DNA of 40,473 nucleotides, taken from the NCBI GenBank assembly GCA_965371155.1, contig CBDUXL010000003.1, positions 1 to 40,473 of the forward strand, in the 5' to 3' direction. Origin of the DNA: an uncultured bacterium (GTDB taxonomy: Bacteria > JAJVIF01 > JAPKYR01). The notes under the pieces are model-generated. The model did not search any database. It saw nothing but the letters and a program-made list of their open reading frames with translations, and was not told the origin of the DNA. Below are positions 20,201 through 27,940 of the stretch, one piece after another (positions within the stretch are counted from its first letter, which is position 1; the number at the start of each line of letters is the position of its first letter). Made by a program: the position numbers and the translations under genes.

Positions 20201-20488
20201 CACCTCGATCTCCACCGGAAGACCATGGCAGTCCCACCCGGCCTTGCGTTCGACAAAGTGACCGGTCATTGTTTTGTAGCGAGGAAACAGGTCCTTGATA
20301 ACCCTCGTGAGCACGTGGCCCGGGTGAGGCCGTCCGTTGGCCGTCGGAGGGCCTTCATAGAAAACGTAGCGAGGATATTTCGAGGACTCTTCGAGGCTCT
20401 TGGCGAATATCTTATTCTCCTCCCAGAATTTGCGGATGACCGCTTCACGCTGGGGGATTCTATCGGTCGATGGTTTGCTGAAAGGCAT
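17270..20488 (-). CDS. ileS: isoleucine--tRNA ligase, type 2 (IleRS2)
   Basis: 'EGPPTANGRPHPGH', 'GWDCHGLP', 'WTTTPWTL', 'GTGIVHIAPG', 'WAISRNRYWGTPLP', 'DQTRGWF', KMSKS; long C-terminus without the type-1 zinc finger. Confidence 0.97.
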   Translation of the reverse strand: MPFSKPSTDRIPQREAVIRKFWEENKIFAKSLEESSKYPRYVFYEGPPTANGRPHPGHVLTRVIKDLFPRYKTMTGHFVERKAGWDCHGLPVEIEVEKELGLNSKQDIEEYGVENFIEKCKESVWRYLVDWKNVTQLIGFWIDLDKPYVTYTNEYVETLWWIFKQIHRAGLLIKGHKVVPFCNRCGTPLSSHEVAQGYEEVTEPSIHVAFQTEDDPDTYFLAWTTTPWTLLSNLALALGPNHEYITYKHTDGRKYILAKALARLTFEDKFDPSRIENECLGREFEGRRFKPLYPHEASLGRNYRVILADFVSLEDGTGIVHIAPGYGEDDYLAGQASGLDVLQLAQETGNIADDAPEFVKGMYFKDADEPILEDLGKRGLLFRTTDYTHDYPHCWRCKSPLMYFARSSWFLKTTAIKDVMISENQKIDWHPPTIKTGRFGNFLENNVDWAISRNRYWGTPLPIWVCENKDCGCIEVLGSREELRERANEKVPEDVELHRPGIDTYTLTCGECGSVMHRVPEVADTWFDSGSMPVAQWHYPFEFKEHFKECYPCDFIAEAQDQTRGWFYTLHAVAGLLHAAAMKFPDDPDLKPFQDCGLSYKRCICLGLILDDEGHKMSKSRGGYVEPEVILGDQGADALRWYFFSNVDPWVSSRWSEDGVREVQRRFLLTLRNVYQFFTIYAEIDEYDPAKVKADPATYTSLDRWILARLHRTIGEVRDAMEHYDVLRSAKAIELFVDHLSNWYVRRSRERFWRSEKNADKWAAYSTLYTVLVELAKLLAPFTPFLSDEIYRNLAVGHLPGAKESVHLEMYPEADEKWLDEELEAEVTLAMEIAKLGRAVRKAEQIRVRQPLSEVIVVTRDESDRARASRQQQVILDELNIKTMRFAEDQAEFVSFKVTPDFAKLGPRLGPKMPAVKKAFGEADHQELRGSLMAGGTCSIVADGETLTFTDDEVEVTMESLPGYSAASGSRIAVVLKTELTDELRAEGVAREIVHLLQGLRKKADMDYQARIKAFVQSGDKSTMDSIELHRDYIMRETLATELVTSKEAADAEQTQEAKVNGIPVTLGISLE

Positions 20489-20580
20489 GGTCGCTCCTCG
20501 CGCCTGACCCCTTAAAGGGCGTTTTATTGACCTTAATACTATCGTTAACTTGGTCGGTCTCGTTTTTTCAATTGGGGCAG

Positions 20581-20604
20581 AAAAAATCCCCCGGGTCCCG
20601 GGGG
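20581..20604 (-). terminator. attenuator terminator (3:4) in the ileS leader
   Basis: Minus strand CCCCCGG-GAC-CCGGGGG followed by ATTTTTT, about 90 nt before the ileS start. Confidence 0.85.
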
Positions 20605-20641
20605 CGAAAGCGCAAGGCCGCAGGACCCAATGTGATCTGGG

Positions 20642-20683
20642 CTATCCGATAATGATCCTTCCTATTCTGATAACTGATCGCAT
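20642..20683 (-). CDS. Ile-rich ileS leader peptide MRSVIRIGRIIIG
   Basis: ATG CGA TCA GTT ATC AGA ATA GGA AGG ATC ATT ATC GGA TAG: 5 of 13 codons are Ile, directly followed by alternative hairpins and a terminator. Confidence 0.85.
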   Translation of the reverse strand: MRSVIRIGRIIIG

Positions 20684-20891
20684 GACTTGAAAATCCGCCG
20701 TTAGCTCCAGTAGTTTATGCCACATACTGAGCCAAAAAGCAAGGGGATTGGTGTAGGAGCAAGTCGGCATTGCGGATTCTCGTTTCTACTGATAACATAG
20801 TTTGTGGTGGCATATCCGGTGCAAATCTTGCATCCTCACTGCATCACATCGGTGGCCCAGGTTTCAACCTGGGTCTTCAGGAGGTCATGAC

Positions 20892-23459
20892 ATGGATCGA
20901 TGGACGACGTTACTCGCGATGCTTGCTGTTGCTGCGTGCGTTGCGATTGGTTGCTCCGGCGGAAGTCCTGTCATGCCAGCCGCTAATCACGAGCTAACTT
21001 CAAAATCACTTCCCACAGGACAGACCCATACCCACCTTTGGGGTTTCTACAATGTCTACATCGACATCGAGAACCGGACTGCTGAAGCGGTTCCGAATCG
21101 TCAAGTGATGTTCGCGGTCAATGTCGTGCGATTCGTCAACGACCCGCCCACGAACCTGAGCCTCCAGATTTTGGATATTGCGCACGGCTCCAATTATGTC
21201 GACATCGATATCGATGTGACACTCAGACATCCGTGCCCCGGGATGCATCAGTACGACGGTTACGATGTGCGCGGCGTCTTCGTAGGTGATGGTGCCGGCA
21301 CGCTCGCCTACAACAGCAGCCTTTTCTACCCGATTTTGGGCATCGACCAGTGCATGCTGGACGATCCAGTGAACGGTGACGGTGGCGGACCGGATGGTTA
21401 CACGCGCTGGTACAATCCGACCGAATTCACCACCCCGGGAATATTCGGTTACACACCCGGCGTGTTCGAGTCGCCGGACTTCGATGGCGATGCTACGCTG
21501 TGCCCGTACAGGTACTTCGCTGACGGTCTCGGCGCCAAGCAGGATTTATGGGAGTTCCTGACGACGACGAGCAGCGATGGCGTGTTCTCCGCGAGCACAG
21601 TGAATATTCGAAACTACTACTTGCGTTTCCCTGATTCAAAGGAAATGGAGTTTGGCTATGCGATTGTCGCCGACTGGAAGGCGCCGGACGTGCATCCGTC
21701 GAATGCAGCGGAGGCCGTAACATGCAGCGTGACCGACAACAGCGACGTACATTACCCTGGCTCTGCCGGAAGCTACGGGGATCTGATCCTGGATATCAGC
21801 CTGTTTGGGTGGGAGCATCAGCCCTCGACGATTTATGTCGAGTCGACGGTTCTCTCTGCTGTCGCGAGCTTCGATCCTGCTGCGATTGTGACCGGCGGAG
21901 GCGATCACTATTCGACCTACCACGTAGAGATACCCGCGGATAATGTAACAGGCATCGAGGACCAAGAGTTCTGGGTGATCGCGGAGTACGAAGGATTTGA
22001 CTACAGCAACCCCTTAGGTGTTCCCAACGAGGCCGAAAGCGATCCCCTGGCGGCGTTCTTCCGATATGACCTGACGGTGGAAGGCGATAGCGGCTGGGCG
22101 CGGACCTGGGGCGGGTCAGATTTCGATTACGGCCGCGGAGTTGCAATGGACGGCTCCGGGAATGTCTATGTTGCGGGCTCGTTCATGGGCACAGTCGATT
22201 TCGACCCCGACGGCGGTGATCCGCACACCTCGAATGGTTCGGACGATATCTTCCTGAGCAAGTTCGATTCATCGGGCAACTTCGAGTGGGCGCGGACCTG
22301 GGGTGGAGGGTTGGACTGGGATTCGGGCTCAGGAGTTGCCGCTGACTGGCTTGGGAATGTTTACGTCACGGGCTATTTTACAGGCACAGTCGATTTCGAT
22401 CCTGACGGCGGGGACTCGCACACCTCGAATGGTAAGCGCGACGTCTTCCTGAGCAAATTCGATTCATCGGGTAACTTCGAATGGGCACGGACCTGGGGCG
22501 GGTCAGACTATGATAGTGGCAATGCAGTTGCCACTGACGGCTCCGGGAGTGTCTACGTTACGGGCGGTTTCTACGGAACGGTGGATTTCGACCCCGACGG
22601 CAGTGATCCGCACACCTCGAACGGTTGGGGTGATGTCTTCCTGAGTAAGTTCGATTCTTCAGGCACCTTCCAGTGGGCGCGCACCTGGGGCGGAGGGAGC
22701 GAGGATGAAGGCTGGGGTGTCGCCGTTGACGGCTCTGGCATTGTCTACGTGACAGGCTGGTTCAGGGACATAGTTGATTTCGACCCTGGCGGCGGTGATC
22801 CGCACACCTCGAATGGTTGGGAAGATGTCTTCCTGAGTAAGTTCGATTCATCGGGCAATTTCATGTGGGGACTGACCTGGGGTGGGCTTGCTTATGATTA
22901 TGGCCGTGGAGCAACCACTGACGGCTCCGGGAGTGTCTACATTATAGGTTCGTTCTATTGGACAGTCGATTTCGACCCAGGCGGCGGTGATCCACACACC
23001 TCGAATGGTGGTAGCGATGTCTTCCTGAGTAAGTTTGATTCGTCGGGTAACTTCGAGTGGGTGCGGACCTGGGGCGGGTCATCTACTGATTATGGCACTG
23101 GAGTTACCATTGACGGCTCTGGGAATGTCTATGTTACGGGTAAGTTCAGTGGCACAGTCGATTTCGATCCGGGCGGCGGTGATCCACACACCACGAATGG
23201 TTGGGGAGATGTCTTCCTGAGCAAGTTCGATTCATCGGGTAACTTCGAGTGGGCGCAGACGTGGGGTGGATCAGACGATGATTTTAGCTATGGAGTTGCC
23301 GCTGACGGCTCCGGAAATGTTTATGTTACGGGCTATTTCAGGGGCACTGTCGATTTCGCTCCAACCGGCCCGCCCTGCAACGAGAATCCGTACGAACATA
23401 CTTCAAACGGAGCCCGTGACGTATTCCTGACCAAATACCTCCCGGACGGATGCTGGTAA
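20892..23459 (+). CDS. surface lipoprotein: unnamed N-terminal domain + 7 SBBP beta-propeller repeats
   Basis: GGAGG before ATG 20892; lipobox-like 'VAIGC'; seven 'W..TWGG...D.G.GVA.DGSGNVYVTG.F.GTVDFDP...D.FLSKFD' repeats. Confidence 0.85.
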   Translation: MDRWTTLLAMLAVAACVAIGCSGGSPVMPAANHELTSKSLPTGQTHTHLWGFYNVYIDIENRTAEAVPNRQVMFAVNVVRFVNDPPTNLSLQILDIAHGSNYVDIDIDVTLRHPCPGMHQYDGYDVRGVFVGDGAGTLAYNSSLFYPILGIDQCMLDDPVNGDGGGPDGYTRWYNPTEFTTPGIFGYTPGVFESPDFDGDATLCPYRYFADGLGAKQDLWEFLTTTSSDGVFSASTVNIRNYYLRFPDSKEMEFGYAIVADWKAPDVHPSNAAEAVTCSVTDNSDVHYPGSAGSYGDLILDISLFGWEHQPSTIYVESTVLSAVASFDPAAIVTGGGDHYSTYHVEIPADNVTGIEDQEFWVIAEYEGFDYSNPLGVPNEAESDPLAAFFRYDLTVEGDSGWARTWGGSDFDYGRGVAMDGSGNVYVAGSFMGTVDFDPDGGDPHTSNGSDDIFLSKFDSSGNFEWARTWGGGLDWDSGSGVAADWLGNVYVTGYFTGTVDFDPDGGDSHTSNGKRDVFLSKFDSSGNFEWARTWGGSDYDSGNAVATDGSGSVYVTGGFYGTVDFDPDGSDPHTSNGWGDVFLSKFDSSGTFQWARTWGGGSEDEGWGVAVDGSGIVYVTGWFRDIVDFDPGGGDPHTSNGWEDVFLSKFDSSGNFMWGLTWGGLAYDYGRGATTDGSGSVYIIGSFYWTVDFDPGGGDPHTSNGGSDVFLSKFDSSGNFEWVRTWGGSSTDYGTGVTIDGSGNVYVTGKFSGTVDFDPGGGDPHTTNGWGDVFLSKFDSSGNFEWAQTWGGSDDDFSYGVAADGSGNVYVTGYFRGTVDFAPTGPPCNENPYEHTSNGARDVFLTKYLPDGCW
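22095..23456 (+). repeat. seven tandem ~192-bp intragenic repeats
   Basis: Unit starts at 22095, 22287, 22482, 22674, 22866, 23058 and 23250 (period 192, once 195), with strong DNA-level similarity. Confidence 0.9.
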
Positions 23460-23612
23460 AGCCCCTTTGCCCTCGTGGACCAGCGGAAGCCGATCCAGCT
23501 CTTTTCTGCGCAATGAAATTGTCCTTTCTTCCATCCCCCCAGCAGGCGAACATTTCTACTTTGCACAAGGCGGACATTCTCACATTGCTGCTACATATGC
23601 GCCCAGGATACG

Positions 23613-23642
23613 TTGCGAGTGTGAACCTCCTTATGCTACAAT
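23613..23642 (+). promoter_or_regulatory. sigma70-type promoter
   Basis: TTGCGA-N18-TACAAT with extended TG, upstream of the 23699 ORF. Confidence 0.6.
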
Positions 23643-23698
23643 CTTGCTTCACAGCTACATAGGAACAGGAAACCCGGATGGGGTGGAAAACCTGAAAC

Positions 23699-23920
23699 AT
23701 GAATCAGAAAGCAACCGACGAAGATCTAGCGCGTCTGCGCAAGTACATCACCGACGAGGCTGAGCGTCTGGAGAAATGTGGCGCCGGGGTGGTTTGCCGC
23801 ATCGATCTGGACGAAATCGAAGAGACACCCAGCTTCAAGGCATTGCGACCGGTCGACCCTCTCGAGAGAGATATCGACCTGCTGTTTGGGTCAACCTTCA
23901 AGCGTCGACGGTCCGTGTGA
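23699..23920 (+). CDS. small hypothetical protein
   Basis: 73 aa ORF between a promoter and the co-oriented HTH gene. Confidence 0.55.
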   Translation: MNQKATDEDLARLRKYITDEAERLEKCGAGVVCRIDLDEIEETPSFKALRPVDPLERDIDLLFGSTFKRRRSV

Positions 23921-23962
23921 ATTCCGGTGGAAAGCGCAGACGATAGATGACGCGCACCAGGC

Positions 23963-24865
23963 ATGAGGCACCGTAGAAGCACCAAAAGACCTAAGGTGAA
24001 AGACTCCCAGCGCGAGTGGGATGATTGGCAGCGCTATGTCAAGAAAGAAACCCAGCGTTTGATGAGGAAAACCGAGCCGAATGTGGTTGAACTCAGCGTT
24101 GCCGAACCCGAACCGACCGTTTCTCCTTCCCATGAGACCCCGGCACATCCACGTGAACTAAACCCGGCTGAGACTGAAACTATCACGCCCAGTCTTGGGG
24201 AGGGCAGGAAACCTCCGATTCCCGGTGTGTCCCGAGAGGAAGCGCTAGGGGTTTCCGATGACCAGATCGGCGGCACTGTGCGGCCGTTCACGGTGAGAGA
24301 TTACCGGGACATCCGTCCCCTCACCAGCGCAGAGCTCTTCGGTTCTCCCCCCCAACCTGGAGCGGTTGAGCCCCTTGAGGAGCCGGCTGAGGCTTCAACA
24401 CCGCCTGAATCCGCGCAGGTTTCGACTCAAGTGGAGACACACCCGGAGCCTTCAACAGCAGTTACCGCCATTGAGACTCCCCCCGAGCCAAAACCACCGA
24501 AAGTCGACAAGACAACGAAAAAGGGCAGAAAAAAGAAACAAGACTCCGATGAGCCTGAGCTATTCGCCAAGGACATTGCCGAGCATCAGGCTCTCAAGCG
24601 GCGCCGCCTCACAAGGAAATCCAGGCTTCATAGGGAAGAGCTGATTGAGAAGCTGCTCGATCCCGTGATCAGCCTTGAAGAAGCCGCCACTTTGATCGGG
24701 GTTTGCAAGACGACCGTTCGGCGGTACACGAATCGCGGCGAGTTGCATTGCCTGAGAACTCCGGGCCAGCAGCGTCGTTTCAAGCTCGGCCAGGTGCTTG
24801 AGTTTGTCAAGAGGCGCGAGGACCAGGAAAAGGCGCGACGAACTCGCAGAAGAAGAGATGACTAA
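23963..24865 (+). CDS. excisionase/BldC-like (HTH_17, MerR-fold) DNA-binding protein with long low-complexity N-terminus
   Basis: C-terminal 'ISLEEAATLIGVCKTTVRRYTNRGELHCLRTPGQQRRF'; preceding region is Pro/Glu/Thr-rich with basic patches. Confidence 0.8.
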   Translation: MRHRRSTKRPKVKDSQREWDDWQRYVKKETQRLMRKTEPNVVELSVAEPEPTVSPSHETPAHPRELNPAETETITPSLGEGRKPPIPGVSREEALGVSDDQIGGTVRPFTVRDYRDIRPLTSAELFGSPPQPGAVEPLEEPAEASTPPESAQVSTQVETHPEPSTAVTAIETPPEPKPPKVDKTTKKGRKKKQDSDEPELFAKDIAEHQALKRRRLTRKSRLHREELIEKLLDPVISLEEAATLIGVCKTTVRRYTNRGELHCLRTPGQQRRFKLGQVLEFVKRREDQEKARRTRRRRDD

Positions 24866-24885
24866 GGTGCTTAATCCGACTGAAT

Positions 24886-24909
24886 AATCCCCCAATCCGG
24901 GGGTTTTTT
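24886..24909 (+). terminator. intrinsic terminator
   Basis: CCCCC-AATCC-GGGGG followed by TTTTTT after the HTH gene. Confidence 0.7.
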
Positions 24910-25085
24910 CGTTTTCAGGGACGATATTTCATAGAGCAGGATTGCGAACTTCTCAAGGGAAAGATGAATCAGAAGTGTGGGGCTTTTTCAGAGGAGTGAA
25001 AGCGATCAAACCTGAACCTTGGCCGTTTCCAGGTTCGCGTAATTCAAACCATGTGGATAGAATCCCCGTCGTGAGGTATAGACCT

Positions 25086-26318
25086 ATGCCCAGGAATCGG
25101 ACTTCAGCACCCCTGATCATCTTCATCTCAGCCGTTATCGGAGCGATTGTCGGGGCTGTACTTGCATACGGTGTGCTCGGCAATGCAATGAGTTCGCAAA
25201 TGGAAACCAGGTTTGCGAGCTTTACATCCGCCCCGTCGGATTTCTCCCAAATGGTCGTCCCGGATGGCGGCTCCAAAAACCCGTCATCGGGCGCAGTTGA
25301 AAATGTTGGCGGGCTTGATGCAGAGGAGCAGATCGTTACCGAGGTGTACAGTCGATTGAGCCCTTCGGTGGTGCATGTCAGCACGGTCATGTATTACCGA
25401 TCGTTCTTTCAGATTGTTCCGCAGGAGGGCACCGGATCGGGATTCATCATTTCCGAGGACGGATACATTCTGACGAACAACCACGTGATATCCGGTGCAC
25501 AGGAGATTACCGTCAGAATGCACGACGGAGGGGAGTACAAGGCCAAGCTGGTGGGAACCGATCCCTTCACCGATCTGGCAGTCCTTCAAGTGCAGGATGT
25601 CGATATTCCCCCCGAATGGGTGGCGCCTCTTGGCGATTCCGATCACCTCAGAGTCGGCCAGAGGGCGATTGCGATCGGCAATCCTTTCGGGCTTGACTCA
25701 ACCGTTACAGTGGGCGTGATTTCGGCTTTGGATCGACCTTTAACGATCGATGACACAACTTTCGATAGCATGATCCAGACCGACGCCAGCATCAATCCCG
25801 GTAACTCCGGGGGACCATTGATCGATTCATCAGGCAAGGTGATCGGTATCAACACCGTGATTCTCTCACAATCGGGCGGAAGCCACGGAGTCGGGTTTGC
25901 AATACCGGTCAACCAGGCGAAAACGATCTACAATGACCTGATTCAGTACGGCCATGTGATAAGGCCAACGATGGGATTCAGAGTTATTCCCCTGTTCCCC
26001 AACCTGGCTCAGGCACTCGAACTGGATATCAACTTCGGCCTGCTGGTCCAGGCGGTCGATCCGGACTCGTCGGCCTGGGGCGCGGGTCTGAGGGCCGGAA
26101 GGCAGCAGGTCATTCTGCGTGATCGGTTTCGGCAATACTCGATCTATGTCGACGGGGATATCATCGTTGCACTCAATGGTGAGCCCATCAGGAACCTATC
26201 GGATTTGGCCGATCGAATCCGCAGGATGGAAATCGGCACCGAGGTCGTACTGACGGTCTACCGTGATGGTGAGCAGGTCGACCTCAACTGGGTGCTTTCT
26301 GAGCAACTTGGTCCTTAG
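25086..26318 (+). CDS. htrA: HtrA/DegP-family serine protease with one PDZ domain
   Basis: N-terminal TM, 'GTGSGFII', 'TNNHVI', 'DLAVL', 'IQTDASINPGNSGG', PDZ. Start reassigned to ATG 25086. Confidence 0.92.
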   Translation: MPRNRTSAPLIIFISAVIGAIVGAVLAYGVLGNAMSSQMETRFASFTSAPSDFSQMVVPDGGSKNPSSGAVENVGGLDAEEQIVTEVYSRLSPSVVHVSTVMYYRSFFQIVPQEGTGSGFIISEDGYILTNNHVISGAQEITVRMHDGGEYKAKLVGTDPFTDLAVLQVQDVDIPPEWVAPLGDSDHLRVGQRAIAIGNPFGLDSTVTVGVISALDRPLTIDDTTFDSMIQTDASINPGNSGGPLIDSSGKVIGINTVILSQSGGSHGVGFAIPVNQAKTIYNDLIQYGHVIRPTMGFRVIPLFPNLAQALELDINFGLLVQAVDPDSSAWGAGLRAGRQQVILRDRFRQYSIYVDGDIIVALNGEPIRNLSDLADRIRRMEIGTEVVLTVYRDGEQVDLNWVLSEQLGP

Positions 26319-26528
26319 CCGGCAACCTGCCTGGATGAACGCCTTTCGCACCAACAACTGTTACTGAGGCGATCAACGCAGGGTGGCATGCCGATCCTAT
26401 CAGTCTGTGTAGTCTATCCCACCCATCACGTTCATTTTCTTTAATAACTGCACCATCCCCGGAGAGGATAATATCAATAGAGGCGCAATCGATCGTCTTG
26501 GCTAATTGCGCCTTGGGAGTCGCTAACG

Positions 26529-27065
26529 ATGCAGCTTGCCTATCTGCTTGCGGAGGCTGTGGAAAGTTCCACCTGGGCCGGGGGTCTGCTAATAACGGAC
26601 GAGCGCGGGCTTCCCGTGGATTTCCGGTACGTCGAACCTATCCGACCGAGCAAGCTCCAGAAACTCATCTATGGCGAAGCCCTGAAGCGCTATCTTATCC
26701 TCGAGGCGATCGCGGGCACTCTTATCAAAGCTGCAAAACCCGAGGCGGATTGGGTCTTCACAAGTGATCCTCTGCTCCTGGAGATCGACAGCCAGGTGCA
26801 GGGACGGTTCGTCGTAATCGAGAACGGCCAGGGAACATCTCTTTCGGGGGTTGGTGAGTGGCAAGTCGACGGTCCCGGCAAACTCGCCATGCAGGTCGCT
26901 CCGGAGGGGCCGGCGGTGAATCTCACATTCCATGCCGATGGTGAAGAGGCTACGGAGGAAATCGCCAAGGACCTCGCCTGGCTTGCTGAACGATTGGACT
27001 TCACCGAGCCTCTCGCTAGGGTACAGGTGGCGCTTAAAGAAATATGTCGTGGTGGAGCAGATTGA
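26529..27065 (+). CDS. hypothetical protein
   Basis: GGAG before ATG; globular-looking sequence 'GGLLITDERGLPVDFRYVEPIRPSKLQKLIYG'; function not recognised. Confidence 0.7.
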   Translation: MQLAYLLAEAVESSTWAGGLLITDERGLPVDFRYVEPIRPSKLQKLIYGEALKRYLILEAIAGTLIKAAKPEADWVFTSDPLLLEIDSQVQGRFVVIENGQGTSLSGVGEWQVDGPGKLAMQVAPEGPAVNLTFHADGEEATEEIAKDLAWLAERLDFTEPLARVQVALKEICRGGAD

Positions 27066-27901
27066 AGCTAATTCTCTGTGGTGCCCTTGGGCTCCATTAC
27101 CGGCTTCTAAAATGCCGGGTCATTAAGCTACGCCTTCTCCGAAAATCCCGACCCGTCAGGATTTCCCCCTTCGCCAAATCCGTGACAAAATCTTTCTCCT
27201 ACCTGCTCCAATCGCTCGTCAAAAATGTAGAAGCGGCTCTTCTCGCGGGACCGATTAGACACATAACCTCGGCAAGACCACGACATACGAGAGTTCCCAC
27301 AGAGCTTGATGTCTGGCTTACGAAGCTGGCTGCAGTCGACCCCTGTCCGGACTCGGTTGTGAGAATCGGATGCGCGCCGGCGATCCCCGATCCGGGCGCG
27401 ATTCCCTGTATGGATGTCGGCATTGGCAGCTGCCACACGCTCGAGTACCGGGTGCTTGCGCCATCCGCACAACACGGACTACCCGAACCTCCTCAATCCG
27501 GTCCCGCAATACGTGCGGACCTCTGCAAAGAGAAAGCCGTAAGACACTCCGTCGATCTGATTAATCGCATCCCCCTTGCCATCAAACCATCACGTTGGGG
27601 CACGCTCGATCGCGAGTTCATCCTCGCCTGCTGGGAACTCATCAAAGGCCAGGCATTTGAGGAACTCAGCTACGATCCCGGTCGCGCGCTCGAGATGTCG
27701 GCGATTTTTCCCGATGTCGATATGCAGGGATTCGAGCGCACCGAATTCAATCCAAAAACGCGAGAGCTGCTCCTCTACCCGAAACGATCCAGCACAGACT
27801 CCAGACCCGATACCAGGCACTATGCTATAATAATCGGCACAGTGAAAGGACTAAACAAGCTCCTGAAGGCGGCGCTTCCAATCGATCCCGACTGCGATTG
27901 A
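27044..27901 (+). CDS. hypothetical protein
   Basis: 285 aa ORF overlapping the previous stop by 22 nt; no recognised domain. Confidence 0.6.
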   Translation: MSWWSRLKLILCGALGLHYRLLKCRVIKLRLLRKSRPVRISPFAKSVTKSFSYLLQSLVKNVEAALLAGPIRHITSARPRHTRVPTELDVWLTKLAAVDPCPDSVVRIGCAPAIPDPGAIPCMDVGIGSCHTLEYRVLAPSAQHGLPEPPQSGPAIRADLCKEKAVRHSVDLINRIPLAIKPSRWGTLDREFILACWELIKGQAFEELSYDPGRALEMSAIFPDVDMQGFERTEFNPKTRELLLYPKRSSTDSRPDTRHYAIIIGTVKGLNKLLKAALPIDPDCD

Positions 27902-27940
27902 ATCCTGGCGCCGCTTTCTGCGATAAAGTCTGGAGAGGTC

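Noticed and set aside
20490-20760. T-box riboswitch upstream of ileS
   Set aside because: No GGTGGNACC T-box or stem I motifs were seen; the leader-peptide model explains the structure.
22095-23456. Diversity-generating retroelement TR/VR pair
   Set aside because: The repeats are all in-frame coding blades, differences are not confined to adenines, and no reverse transcriptase is in the window.
23963-24865. Prophage or ICE excisionase
   Set aside because: No integrase, att site or phage genes nearby; the flanking genes look chromosomal.
26373-26398. Sigma28-like promoter (TCAA...GCCGATCC)
   Set aside because: Spacing of 13 nt and mismatches do not fit TAAA-N15-GCCGATAA.
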